This document shows positions 1 through 9,942 of a stretch of 64,000 nt of DNA, piece after piece. Every line of letters begins with the position of its first letter. The first letter of the stretch is position 1. Origin of the DNA: a virus. A program made the position numbers and the translations under genes. The notes below the pieces were generated by a model. It was not told where the DNA came from. It was given only the letters and a program-made list of their open reading frames with translations, and did not search any database. The stretch lies in the IMG/VR virus record IMGVR_UViG_3300042542_003555, positions 64,001 through 128,000 of that record; one strand, written 5' to 3'.

Positions 1-845
1 ATTGGTTTTGCTGGTTTGTTCACAGCATTTTTTATAACATTCAACATATTATTTACTGAGGAATCTACTGTCTCTGAAAAATTATCAAGAGATTGACCAA
101 TAGCTTCAGCACCTGCAACCACAGCCTGCGTTGCCTGCTCTGCTAGAGTTATGTTTCTTTGCAGTGCTTGAATTTCACCTAATAGTCCACCTGTATCTAA
201 TCCTAACGTCACTGAGAGTGCAGAAGCAATAGCATTTTTTATAGCAGTAATACATTCTGCTAAAGCTTGACCAATTAGAGCAGGTAAATTGGCAACAAAA
301 TTAATTAATGCTGCAATGTATCTTTCAACTTGCGCCAACAGTAAAGCACCAACAACATATGTTTCTATCAGTTTGTTGATATATCTTAATTTCTCTGCTA
401 TATATCTTGCTATTTCAGTTATAGATGTTGCAAGTGGACCACTGATACCTAGTGCATTAAGTGCTGATTGAACAATTGCTCTGATTGTCTGCACAATTTG
501 TTGAAATTTTGAACTCTTTATGAAAGCTTCTAGCTGTAAAACAGGATTACCTAATGCTAAGTTTGGAACTTTAAGTCCACTTCTACCTAATACCATTTGA
601 GTATTTTTTGGTAACGGTGAACTGAAAGGTTCGCAGAAATGAAAACCTGGTCTATTGTTGGGCGATAGCGCACCATTAAACACACCTCTGAATGTGTTTG
701 CTGTCTTTTGAATTCCTTCAATCTGTGCATCAGTAAAGAAACCTGTAGATGGTGGATTTTTTTCTATGATATAAATTTGACCATTATTTGCAAGTTCATA
801 GGTCTCACCAACTCTAACTCCACTGAGATTAATGTTTACTGTCAT
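1..845 (-). CDS. Partial ORF downstream of gp5-N, probable baseplate/virion protein (runs off the window)
   Basis: Open frame from ATG at 845 (MTVNINLSGVRVGETYEL...) to the window edge; AGGAA upstream; not in ORF track. Confidence 0.7.
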   Translation of the reverse strand, partial: MTVNINLSGVRVGETYELANNGQIYIIEKNPPSTGFFTDAQIEGIQKTANTFRGVFNGALSPNNRPGFHFCEPFSSPLPKNTQMVLGRSGLKVPNLALGNPVLQLEAFIKSSKFQQIVQTIRAIVQSALNALGISGPLATSITEIARYIAEKLRYINKLIETYVVGALLLAQVERYIAALINFVANLPALIGQALAECITAIKNAIASALSVTLGLDTGGLLGEIQALQRNITLAEQATQAVVAGAEAIGQSLDNFSETVDSSVNNMLNVIKNAVNKPAKP

Positions 846-855
846 TTTTCATTTC

Positions 856-1227
856 CTATGTTGATATAAACTGTGGAGGAACTTTAGTATCATTTCCAAC
901 ACCAGTTGTCACATTATTAAATGCTGAGAAAGTTCCAAACATCACAGGCGCCTGACCAGATTCGCCATCCAAAAAGAAACCTATAACCCAATCACCAACT
1001 CTCAGTTGATGCATTGTGGTAGATGCAGGTGAAGTTATTGGGTATATTGGCTGTGCCCACGGTAAATCTTGAACAGGTACTTTAGCATCCATTTCTGGTG
1101 AACCATCACCATGCCAACCAAAAATTCTTACCTTGCATCTACCAAGACCTAGTGGATCCATTCTATCTTGAATCACTCCTATCCACCATATAAACCCATT
1201 TTTTCCTATAAAATGTGGTTCATACAT
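856..1227 (-). CDS. gp5: Baseplate hub gp5, N-terminal OB-fold only
   Basis: WWIGV..DRMDPLGLGRCKVRIFGWH...DLPWA...WVIGFFLDG..Q.P; follows gp53/hub genes. Confidence 0.9.
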   Translation of the reverse strand: MYEPHFIGKNGFIWWIGVIQDRMDPLGLGRCKVRIFGWHGDGSPEMDAKVPVQDLPWAQPIYPITSPASTTMHQLRVGDWVIGFFLDGESGQAPVMFGTFSAFNNVTTGVGNDTKVPPQFIST

Positions 1228-2600
1228 TATGACATCCTCGCTCTTTGAATATTGCCGCTGCTATTATCAGTCAATTGATTTTGATACGATAAACTATCTG
1301 TTACTGCTTCAACAACACACAAATATTGTCCTCTGAAGTTGAGTATGTGTCTAATTGCTGAAACTAGATAGTAACCTGAGTAATATTTATTGATTGCTTT
1401 TTTTCCCGTATCATCTTCAAGTGATAATGAGGGAACATTTAATTTTACTTTAGACCCCACCTTCAAGTTTGCATCTCCATAGATTGTAAACTCTACGATA
1501 GCTGATCTTGATAGACCAATCTGTGCGGTTCTATTGGGTAAGTATGTCTCAATATCAATACTTGGTGCTACTGTTGCTAGAGAATCTCTATTTTTTATAA
1601 GTGGATTTTCTCTTTCCTTTGCGTTTGTGGTCATCACTTTAAATGCAGCATTTGTCATTTGACTTGCAGTTTTACCTTTTCTATTTTCATACCCATTTGT
1701 CAAAGGATGTTGATTTAATGTTGTGGCATTTGGAAAATACTCGTCATACTTAAACTCTGTAACTTGATATGTTTGTAACAGAGGATCTATTGTTAATAAC
1801 TTATTGGCATATAATCCTATTTGTGTGGCTTGTAGAGAATCGAAGTGCTTTTTGATATTGAATGATAGCATATTTCTTATACCATATTCAAGATATTCTC
1901 TATCGGTTGGAGAATAAACGCTTATAGGACTAAAGAAATATTCAGCATAGGTTGGATTACTTGAATCGCTGTATAGAGATTGTAGAGATTTGAACTTGTA
2001 ACCATCTACAGTGTCAAAGAAAATCATATCTGCACCAGGTTTGTTGCTTTGTACCTTTGCTGGTTTAGCATAGCCACATAACCACTGTATTGCTTCTAAT
2101 GGGTTTTTGTTTGATATAATAAAACTATAGGCTCCTTCAGTTTCATCAATGTCACGAACTCTTCCTGAGTTTAATTCAGTATCTAGGATATCATTTATAA
2201 TTTCACTTATTCTTTTCTCTTTGTATGACTTAACAACTTTGGTCTGTTGATTCAGAAAAACATCTTCTGATACAAAATTTATTGTGAATTCTTCATTACC
2301 TCTTGTTACTGGGTTATTATTTGCAATTTTATGAATTCTAAAATATGCATCATTCAATGAATTCTGATCACCAAATCTTGAAAAACTTATTTTTAAAAAA
2401 TTAAATCCATTAATATTGAATATTTCAATGAAACCTTGTGAGTCCGTCAAAGATACATGACCAGAAACCACGCCAGAGTACATGTCTTCATAAATCGACA
2501 ACTCAATGATAGATGGTTTTAAATTAATTATTTGTCCGCTTGATGTTATGAGGTCAACATTTGAAATAATAAATTCTTGCGGATTGGTAATATTTGTCAT
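1227..2600 (-). CDS. Baseplate hub protein, gp27-like
   Basis: IYEDMYS.VVSG...D, FFDT.DGYKFKSL, SGYYLVSAIRH motifs; position between gp53 and gp5. Confidence 0.7.
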   Translation of the reverse strand: MTNITNPQEFIISNVDLITSSGQIINLKPSIIELSIYEDMYSGVVSGHVSLTDSQGFIEIFNINGFNFLKISFSRFGDQNSLNDAYFRIHKIANNNPVTRGNEEFTINFVSEDVFLNQQTKVVKSYKEKRISEIINDILDTELNSGRVRDIDETEGAYSFIISNKNPLEAIQWLCGYAKPAKVQSNKPGADMIFFDTVDGYKFKSLQSLYSDSSNPTYAEYFFSPISVYSPTDREYLEYGIRNMLSFNIKKHFDSLQATQIGLYANKLLTIDPLLQTYQVTEFKYDEYFPNATTLNQHPLTNGYENRKGKTASQMTNAAFKVMTTNAKERENPLIKNRDSLATVAPSIDIETYLPNRTAQIGLSRSAIVEFTIYGDANLKVGSKVKLNVPSLSLEDDTGKKAINKYYSGYYLVSAIRHILNFRGQYLCVVEAVTDSLSYQNQLTDNSSGNIQRARMS

Positions 2601-3211
2601 TATGTTCTATAAAGCTTTCTAAACTGATCTTCAATATTTGAAACATAATCTTTATCGATTATACCAATGTCTCTTTTAGATTCGTTTAAGTTATATTCAT
2701 AATCATATGCATTAACTTCAGCTTTACTAATTGTTTGTTTGACTTGAGAATTGTCTGGTAAAATATATGTGGTTATTCCTACCTGCGTATTTGCATATTC
2801 ATATTGATCAATGATCGTAATAAATTCTGTTGTTTCTCCAGACAAAGGATCCTCATTTATCATCTTTTTTTCGTAGTGATGAATTTCTAGGACTGCATTA
2901 CTTACAGACCCATACTTATCATTCAAATATAGTATGAAGTTTTGAGGTGTCAGTGGCCAATCATACTGAAGGTCTTGTAGTTTATTTTGGTTTGAAAGAG
3001 AAAGTAACCAAAACTGTTCTGGTGCACCATAATACTTATCTGCTATGACTTCTGGTAAATCACTATCCGTTATACTGTAATCATAGAATAAAAGAGGTTC
3101 TTTTGTCAATTGATTAATGAGATAGGTTCTTGTCATTACATTCTTCATAATGACTGTACTTCCATCTTTTTGAGGATAGTTAATGTATGGTAATTGTGAA
3201 AAGTATTTCAT
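2600..3211 (-). CDS. gp53: Baseplate wedge protein gp53
   Basis: YFSQLP.I.Y, PEVIADKYYG...W, WPL, IHHYE, YDYE..LNESKR.I. Confidence 0.9.
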   Translation of the reverse strand: MKYFSQLPYINYPQKDGSTVIMKNVMTRTYLINQLTKEPLLFYDYSITDSDLPEVIADKYYGAPEQFWLLSLSNQNKLQDLQYDWPLTPQNFILYLNDKYGSVSNAVLEIHHYEKKMINEDPLSGETTEFITIIDQYEYANTQVGITTYILPDNSQVKQTISKAEVNAYDYEYNLNESKRDIGIIDKDYVSNIEDQFRKLYRT

Positions 3212-4200
3212 TAATATTTACCGTCTTGTATTTTCTTTTTGTCTATAATATTCAATTCTTTGAATGATAGTGTAAGTCTGGTTTGAAGTGGATAACCTTC
3301 TGGACCAATAGCAGCCCAACCCGCACCAGACGCAGCATAGTCAACGTCAACACGTTCTAAAACACACTCATCTATTTTATGTAATTGTTTATTTACTCCA
3401 GTAGAGTTACGAAATTCAATGTTGAAAGTGTCTGGCATCTTAAAGAATAGATCATTGTTTATCGCTCCACCACCAATTTCTGGAGCTGAATAATATTTAA
3501 ATTTGTATATAATTTCTCTAATTGATTCTGCTTCTTTTTGAGTTTTTGGGGTAAGTAAAAAATTAAATTGAAATGTTCTTAATGCTGTTGCTTTAAATAA
3601 TAATTGTACTTGTGGATTAATTGCTAAACCTTGCGCTTTCAATAATGCATCAACAGGAAGAAGATCCGAACTAAATTTTCTCACTAATGCTAGTACACCA
3701 GGATTTGAAGTTACTGTGTTGAGAGGATGTCTTACTGCTTGTCCTCCTAATCTTCCTTCTCCATCAAACAATGCTCCAGCTGCTTTACCATAATATACAA
3801 GAGTATAGTCACTTAAATCATCTTCCTGATATGCATTTGTATATTCTGCCGTAAGAGTATCGGGCATATATAACAGCATATGATCTTTTGCGATTGTAGT
3901 TGACGGTTTAATTCTTATACCTAGAGGATTAAATCCTGGGACATTAGTTATTACTGGCGTAACTCCCGAAGAAGTTATATTTCCACCTGTAAGAGTAGAA
4001 TTATTTCTGGTTAGACCATCAACTTGTTGCACATTCGGATTGCTTATTATTGCGTCATATGAAGGCGTTTGAATCTCATTTACTGAAAAATAAATATAGT
4101 GACTTCTAGTTTCTGAACCTAAATCATCAGGAAACGCTGTAATAGTGCCACCTTTAAAATTGGCAGAATTTTGAATTAATTCTTGTAGAGGTCTAGGCAT
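3211..4200 (-). CDS. gp48: Baseplate tail-tube cap gp48
   Basis: LYMP, INPQ.QLLF....RTFQFNF.LTPK...EA..I..II..FK, C.L..V.VDY, L.FKE. Confidence 0.85.
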   Translation of the reverse strand: MPRPLQELIQNSANFKGGTITAFPDDLGSETRSHYIYFSVNEIQTPSYDAIISNPNVQQVDGLTRNNSTLTGGNITSSGVTPVITNVPGFNPLGIRIKPSTTIAKDHMLLYMPDTLTAEYTNAYQEDDLSDYTLVYYGKAAGALFDGEGRLGGQAVRHPLNTVTSNPGVLALVRKFSSDLLPVDALLKAQGLAINPQVQLLFKATALRTFQFNFLLTPKTQKEAESIREIIYKFKYYSAPEIGGGAINNDLFFKMPDTFNIEFRNSTGVNKQLHKIDECVLERVDVDYAASGAGWAAIGPEGYPLQTRLTLSFKELNIIDKKKIQDGKY

Positions 4201-4230
4201 TTTAACATAAATTAATTGGTGAGATAAGTA

Positions 4231-4238
4231 TATTTATA
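4231..4238 (-). promoter_or_regulatory. T4-type late promoter (TATAAATA) for the gp48 operon
   Basis: Exact TATAAATA on the minus strand 30 bp upstream of gp48. Confidence 0.75.
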
Positions 4239-4657
4239 TGGCATACTCAGGAAGATTCAAACCCACAAACCCGCAAAAATACATAGGCGACCACAAAAAT
4301 ATCATTTATAGGTCCTCATGGGAATGTCGTGTTATGTCGTGGTTAGACAAGAATCCTGACATTATAAGTTGGGGTTCAGAAGAACTTATCATTCCATACA
4401 AATCTCCTGTTGATGGTAAATACCATAGATACTTTCCAGACTTCATAGTAAAGACAAAAAACAAAACAATGATCATTGAAGTCAAGCCAGACAGAGAAAC
4501 TAGAGAACCCAAACCCAAAAAACGAATCACAAAACAATACCTACAGGAAGTCATGACCTATGGTGTCAATCAATCTAAGTGGAAAGCGGCACAGGAATAC
4601 TGCTTAGATCGAGGTTGGGAGTTCAAAGTAATCACAGAGAAACACCTAGGAATCTAA
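4238..4657 (+). CDS. gp4: Head completion nuclease gp4
   Basis: MAYSGRFKP.NP.KY.GD...IIYRSSWE, WGSEE..IPY, RYFPDF, IEVKP. Confidence 0.95.
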   Translation: MAYSGRFKPTNPQKYIGDHKNIIYRSSWECRVMSWLDKNPDIISWGSEELIIPYKSPVDGKYHRYFPDFIVKTKNKTMIIEVKPDRETREPKPKKRITKQYLQEVMTYGVNQSKWKAAQEYCLDRGWEFKVITEKHLGI

Positions 4658-4669
4658 CATAAATACCAC

Positions 4670-5278
4670 ATGGAATCCAAACTAACAAACCTAGCAAAAC
4701 AACGGTCTGAACTAGAATACAATCTTCTTTCGAGAGATAGTATCAACTGGTTTCAGCAAAAGGTCAGAGATGTCAGAAATCCTACTAATGAGATTATGGC
4801 CATTGCTAGAGAAAGACAAAGAAGAACCACTTTTCCAGTCTTAGGCAAATTATACTTTTTTAATTATGACCCAAAGTTTGCAGATGTTTTACCATACTAT
4901 GATATTTTTCCTTTGGTATTGATACTTAGAAGATATAATGATGGTTTTCTTGGCTTGAATTTGCATTATTTGCCAATACTCTATCGTGCCGCATTTTTGG
5001 ATAGATTGATGAATTTGGCAGTATTGGATGATAATGATCATCCTGAGAGGGTTAAAATATCCTATAGTATTCTCGACACATCTAGGAGATATAAAGCGTT
5101 TGAGCCCTGTCTGAAGCGTTATCTGTACGGTCAAATGGGGTCAAGACTGCTCAAAGTTGAGCCAAATGAGTGGGAAACAGCACTATTTTTGCCAGTGGAA
5201 AAGTTTAGGTCTGGTAATAAAGCTATCAGTAAAAATAAAGTGTTTAAAGAATCCATCCAAAAGATAAGGAAGAAGTAG
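4670..5278 (+). CDS. gp2: DNA end protector gp2
   Basis: YDPK....LPYYD.FPLV, GFLGLNLHYLP, PCLKRYL; CATAAATA late-promoter variant at 4658-4665. Confidence 0.95.
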   Translation: MESKLTNLAKQRSELEYNLLSRDSINWFQQKVRDVRNPTNEIMAIARERQRRTTFPVLGKLYFFNYDPKFADVLPYYDIFPLVLILRRYNDGFLGLNLHYLPILYRAAFLDRLMNLAVLDDNDHPERVKISYSILDTSRRYKAFEPCLKRYLYGQMGSRLLKVEPNEWETALFLPVEKFRSGNKAISKNKVFKESIQKIRKK

Positions 5279-5279
5279 G

Positions 5280-5798
5280 ATGCCAAAAAGTATATCAGAA
5301 ATTCTTGGTGAATTTCAGAAAAAAGGATTTGCTAGACAAGCAAGATTCGAGGTTACATTTGCATCGCCCAATTTATTCGATGAAGTCGATGTGCAAAGAA
5401 AAAATGAATTACAATTTAGATGTGAAACTGCTCAGTTACCAAGTAGAACTATCATGACAACTGAACAAAAAATTTATGGTTACGCTGAAAAATATCCATA
5501 TGCAACATCATATGATGATATAACCCTTAATTTTTTTGTTTCTGAAAATATGGGAGAAAAGAAACTTTTTGATAACTGGTTGAATTATGTACATCCAAAA
5601 TCTACTTATAATATGAGATTTAAAAATCAATACGAAACTACCATAACAATAAAGCAGTATGACATGGAAAATGTAAACACACATACTGTTAAATTATTGG
5701 AAGCATATCCTATAGCCGTAGGTGAGTTGGAGTTAAACTGGGCGTCAGAGTCAATTCATATTTTGCCAGTAGTTTTTGCTTATAGTAGATGGGAATAA
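5280..5798 (+). CDS. gp54: Tail tube initiator gp54 (gp19-like fold)
   Basis: ARQARFEV, CETAQLPSR, FDNW, L.EAYP..V..L.L.W, V.FAY..W; synteny with gp2/gp26. Confidence 0.75.
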   Translation: MPKSISEILGEFQKKGFARQARFEVTFASPNLFDEVDVQRKNELQFRCETAQLPSRTIMTTEQKIYGYAEKYPYATSYDDITLNFFVSENMGEKKLFDNWLNYVHPKSTYNMRFKNQYETTITIKQYDMENVNTHTVKLLEAYPIAVGELELNWASESIHILPVVFAYSRWE

Positions 5799-5836
5799 AA
5801 TTTGTTTAATTTAAAATGTTTAAGTAGGAGATTATA

Positions 5837-6565
5837 ATGCCTTTACCAAAAGTTGATGTGGTGACATATGACTTGAAATTACCAATATCAAATAAAACAA
5901 TTAGATATCGTCCGTTTCTTGTAAAAGAACAGAAAATTCTTTTGATGTCAGCAGAATCAGAAAATGCTGAAGTGATTGAAAGAGGAATGAGACAAATATT
6001 ACAGAATTGTTGTTTAGATAATATTGATGTAGAAAATCTAAGTTTGCTTGATGTTGAATATTTTTTCATGAACGTTCGTGCTGTTTCTGTTGGAGAAATA
6101 GTAGAGAATAAATTTAGATGTAAAAATTTAGTCGAAGGTGAAGTGTGTGATAACCTAATGACTGTTGATATTAATTTAAATGAAATAAAAGTCGAAGGAT
6201 TAGAAACATATAAAGATATCATTCCAATTACAGACAAAATTGGAGTGAAGATGACTTTACCAAAGTATTCTTTGATTGGAAAAGCAGTTACATATGATAA
6301 TGAATTTGGTACCGACTTTATTTTTGACTTGTTTGTTGATTGTATTGAATACATTTATGATGGCGAACAAATATTTTATACCAAAGAAGTTGATAGAAAA
6401 GAAGTTGTAGAATTTTTAGAAAACTTAAACTCTGAACAATTTGAAAAAGTTCAAGGTTATTTTAGTAATATTCCAAAGCTAGACAAGACAAAAGAAGTAG
6501 ATTGTAGTAAGTGTGGTTTTCATCATAAAATTGAATTTGATGGAATTGAAAGTTTTTTCGAATGA
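5837..6565 (+). CDS. gp26: Baseplate hub subunit gp26
   Basis: MPLPK...Y.L.LP...I.YRPFLVKEQKILL, D.EYFF...RA.SVGE. Confidence 0.93.
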   Translation: MPLPKVDVVTYDLKLPISNKTIRYRPFLVKEQKILLMSAESENAEVIERGMRQILQNCCLDNIDVENLSLLDVEYFFMNVRAVSVGEIVENKFRCKNLVEGEVCDNLMTVDINLNEIKVEGLETYKDIIPITDKIGVKMTLPKYSLIGKAVTYDNEFGTDFIFDLFVDCIEYIYDGEQIFYTKEVDRKEVVEFLENLNSEQFEKVQGYFSNIPKLDKTKEVDCSKCGFHHKIEFDGIESFFE

Positions 6566-6753
6566 TTTTTAGTCATGATACTTTGGAAAACTATTTCACA
6601 ATGAATTTTAGTTTGATGCAGCACCATAAGTATAGCCTAACGGAAATTGAGAACATGATTCCGTGGGAAAGAGATGTATATGTGGGAATGTTGATTAGTT
6701 ATATTAGAGAAGAAAACGAAAGAATTAGAGATAAAAACAAAGCGAGATCATAA
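6562..6753 (+). CDS. gp51: Baseplate hub assembly catalyst gp51
   Basis: NFSLMQHHKYSLTEIENMIPWERDVY. Confidence 0.93.
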   Translation: MIFSHDTLENYFTMNFSLMQHHKYSLTEIENMIPWERDVYVGMLISYIREENERIRDKNKARS

Positions 6754-6755
6754 AA

Positions 6756-8933
6756 ATGGCACAACAAATAGCAGCCGATCCTGTCGAAGCAGCAGCGAAC
6801 GTAATGAAACGCCAAAGAGCTGGTGTTCGATCACAGAGTTCAGGACAATTAGATGAACTCAATAAAACACTGAAGGCTCAAAATGCCAGCCAAAAACTAA
6901 AAAGAACACCATCTGTTCAGGATAAAGTTAGAGCAAACGATTCTGTTGCAATGATTCTTGCTAAAGTTTATGCTATTGTAAAAAAAGAACAAGAAACAAA
7001 TAAGGTCTATCAAAAACAACAAACTTCGGCTATCAAAAACTTAGCTAAAGATTTTACTGATGTAATCAAAAAGACCAGTGATAATATTAAAAAAGCCATA
7101 GAAAAATCAGTAAAAGTTAATGAAGAACTGTTAAAGGAAAACAAAAAGGTTCGTCAAGAAAATAAACTATTTCAAGAAGAAACACAACAAGAAACTGTTT
7201 CTAAGGAATCAAAGAGACAGAAAGAAATGTTGTCTGCTGAAGATAAAAGACACAAAGAATTAATTTCTATATTGAAAAAAATAGAAAAGAAAACTGCGCC
7301 TATAACAGAAGAAGATGAGGATGAAGAATCTTCTTCATCTAAAGGTAAAGGCAAAAAAAGAAAAAAATCACTTAAAATTGGTGACATTAAAGATCAATTA
7401 AAAGAAAAACTTCTAAGTGTCGTGTTAGATCCAAAAGCAATTGCCGCCGCAGCTACCGGAGCATTAATAATAGCAGCAGGTGAAGCTGCTCGGGAAGATA
7501 TTCAAAGCAGTGAACGCTCCGCACAATCTGCTGCACAGAGAGGTGATCTTGCAGGATTAGATAGAGAAATAAGAGAAGCAAATGAGAGAACTGTAAGACA
7601 ATCTGTAACGGATCCTAGAGATGAGGAAGGTGTACAAGCAGCACTCAAAACAATGAATACCCCAAAAAAATTATTATATGAAAAAAGAAAAAGATTGAAA
7701 GAGGCAAACACACCAGAATCAAAACGTGCTTTAGACGTATTGGATGCACAAGAAGAAAAACGTGTATTGATGGAATCTAGACCAAAAGATTCTGCTGCCG
7801 CAAAAAAATTCGATGAAGATAATAAGGCAAAAATAGAAGCAATTGATAAAAGAATCAAACAACCTATTTTAGTTAGTTCATCTACAGGTTATTCTTTACC
7901 GGTAGAAAACACAGAATTTGGTAGTGGTTATGGAACAAGAACCCGAGGGGGAAAAATAGAAAGTCATCAAGGTGTTGATCTAAAAATGCCAGTTGATACA
8001 CCGATTCTTGCAGCAAATTCAGGAGAAGTTATTTTTGTTGGAGAAGGATCCGGCGGCGCTGGTGAAACCATAAAGATAAAACATGACGATGGGAAATATA
8101 CTTCTTATTCACATTTAAGCAAGTCTAATGTGAAGGTTGAACAAAGAGTAACAAAAGGACAAGAAATTGGTCGCTCTGGAGGAAAAAAAGGGGCACCTGG
8201 CGCAGGAAATTCTGAAGGACCACATTTACATTTTGCTGCCTATGATGAAAAAGGAAAATTCATAGATCCAAAAACTTTAATTCCAGAATTGTCTGGTGCA
8301 AAAAAAGGTGATAATGTTATAAGATCAAAAGATTCAGCAACCACATCCAGTGATTCTACAGCTACGCAAACACAAGCAACAAATAAGAATGCAGAAGCAG
8401 TACCTGGTTACACATATAAAAGAGGACCAAATGGTGGTAGAATGATCCTCAACGACAAAGGTGAGTTTGTAGAGGAACCTACTGCTGCAATGGATGAATC
8501 GAAAACGTATAAAGGTGCGTTAAGAGAATTTGAGAAAGAATTGAATTCAGATCCAAATGCGCCTAAACTCAATAGGTCGGCAGCAGAAGCAGCAAAATAT
8601 GAATCTTACGAAAAAGAAGCGGCTAAAAAATTCATACAGAAAAAAGGCCTTGATCTTAAAAAAGCAAAACAATATGGATTTCCAGTTAGCAGTATTACAC
8701 CAGTTGATTCAAACAATGACAGAAAAATATCATCTCTAATTGATGCTGAAAGAATGTCTAGAGACCTAGCCTCAATGGGTCAAGGAATGACAAACAATTT
8801 CATAAATCAAACTCAAATTGCAAGCGGTGGTGGAGGTGGTGGCGGATCTTCAGTTCCACCAGCAAGCGTAAGAGATAATAATGTTACGATTATGGCAGCA
8901 CTGTATGGTCAACATAATGTTCGTATGAGTTAA
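6756..8933 (+). CDS. gp29-position tape-measure-like protein with M23 peptidase domain
   Basis: Long helical/coiled-coil protein after gp51; M23 motifs HQGVD, YSHL, GPHLHF. Confidence 0.75.
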   Translation: MAQQIAADPVEAAANVMKRQRAGVRSQSSGQLDELNKTLKAQNASQKLKRTPSVQDKVRANDSVAMILAKVYAIVKKEQETNKVYQKQQTSAIKNLAKDFTDVIKKTSDNIKKAIEKSVKVNEELLKENKKVRQENKLFQEETQQETVSKESKRQKEMLSAEDKRHKELISILKKIEKKTAPITEEDEDEESSSSKGKGKKRKKSLKIGDIKDQLKEKLLSVVLDPKAIAAAATGALIIAAGEAAREDIQSSERSAQSAAQRGDLAGLDREIREANERTVRQSVTDPRDEEGVQAALKTMNTPKKLLYEKRKRLKEANTPESKRALDVLDAQEEKRVLMESRPKDSAAAKKFDEDNKAKIEAIDKRIKQPILVSSSTGYSLPVENTEFGSGYGTRTRGGKIESHQGVDLKMPVDTPILAANSGEVIFVGEGSGGAGETIKIKHDDGKYTSYSHLSKSNVKVEQRVTKGQEIGRSGGKKGAPGAGNSEGPHLHFAAYDEKGKFIDPKTLIPELSGAKKGDNVIRSKDSATTSSDSTATQTQATNKNAEAVPGYTYKRGPNGGRMILNDKGEFVEEPTAAMDESKTYKGALREFEKELNSDPNAPKLNRSAAEAAKYESYEKEAAKKFIQKKGLDLKKAKQYGFPVSSITPVDSNNDRKISSLIDAERMSRDLASMGQGMTNNFINQTQIASGGGGGGGSSVPPASVRDNNVTIMAALYGQHNVRMS

Positions 8934-8960
8934 AACAAAAACCCCGCACTAGGCGGGGCT
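8932..8960 (-). terminator. Rho-independent terminator after gp32
   Basis: CCCCGC/GCGGGG stem followed by a T-run on the minus strand, between convergent genes. Confidence 0.85.
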
Positions 8961-8981
8961 AAACAAGACCGTCTAGTCTGT

Positions 8982-9860
8982 TTAATCTTCTGCTGCCAAC
9001 TTAGAGAAATAACTCATGTCATCATCTTCATCCAAGTCTGGTGAAGTTTTAGGAACAACTTTTGCTTTAGGCTTTTCATCAAAAGATGCATCCTCTACAG
9101 TAGTTGTTGGTGCAGCACCAGCATTACCTAGAACTTTATCTAGTCTTGCTTTGATAGCATCATAAGACTTAAACTTACTTGAATCAATAAGTTCTTTCAA
9201 AGAGTATTCACGCTTCCACACTTTTTCAAGTTCATCGTCATCATCAAGTAGTGCAGCAGGTGCTTCAAACTCACACTTATCATAGTTTTGATAACCATCA
9301 ACCTTACGAATCTTGACTTTGAAGTTAGCACCTTTCCACAAGTCAAATGGATTCAATGGCTTCTCATCTTCAAACTCTGGGTTCATTGCACCGTTGATTT
9401 TATCAAAGATGCTCTTGCCATATTTGAACAAGAATACTTTACCGTTGTTCTCTGGATGTTTTGGATCCTCAACAACATAGATGTTGGAAACATAAGTGAG
9501 TTTACGTTTCTGGTCACGGGCAATTTTTTTATTTGCTTCAATGCCTGAGTTCCAAAGTTGTGTATTGTATTCACATACAGGACACTTTTCATTCAAGGTA
9601 GTACGACAGTCATCAATCAGCCAACCACCTGGACCTTGAAAGCCATGACGGAACATTTTGACCCATGGGAGTCCATCTTCATCTTGTGGTGGTTCGGGAA
9701 GAAAACGAATGACTGCATAACCGTTACCAGATTTATCGATCTCTGGTTTCCAATAACGATCATCATCGGAACTTGCTTCGGTGTTTGTATTGATTGATTC
9801 TAGTGCTTTGGATAGTTTGTCTAGGTTAGACGAACTCTTTTTCAATTTGGAAAAATCCAT
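8982..9860 (-). CDS. gp32: Single-stranded DNA-binding protein gp32
   Basis: DDRYWKP..DKSGNGYAVIRFLP, HGFQGPGGW, GANFK.KI, acidic tail ending YFSKLAAED. Confidence 0.97.
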   Translation of the reverse strand: MDFSKLKKSSSNLDKLSKALESINTNTEASSDDDRYWKPEIDKSGNGYAVIRFLPEPPQDEDGLPWVKMFRHGFQGPGGWLIDDCRTTLNEKCPVCEYNTQLWNSGIEANKKIARDQKRKLTYVSNIYVVEDPKHPENNGKVFLFKYGKSIFDKINGAMNPEFEDEKPLNPFDLWKGANFKVKIRKVDGYQNYDKCEFEAPAALLDDDDELEKVWKREYSLKELIDSSKFKSYDAIKARLDKVLGNAGAAPTTTVEDASFDEKPKAKVVPKTSPDLDEDDDMSYFSKLAAED

Positions 9861-9942
9861 TATTATCTCCTTGTATTAAACGTAGTATAAACGATATATT
9901 AAACGACTTGTCCACATACATCACATGATATCATAGTATTTA

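Noticed and set aside
4238-4657. TnsA-like transposase
   Set aside because: Sequence and position beside gp2 match T4 gp4, which shares that fold; no transposon ends.
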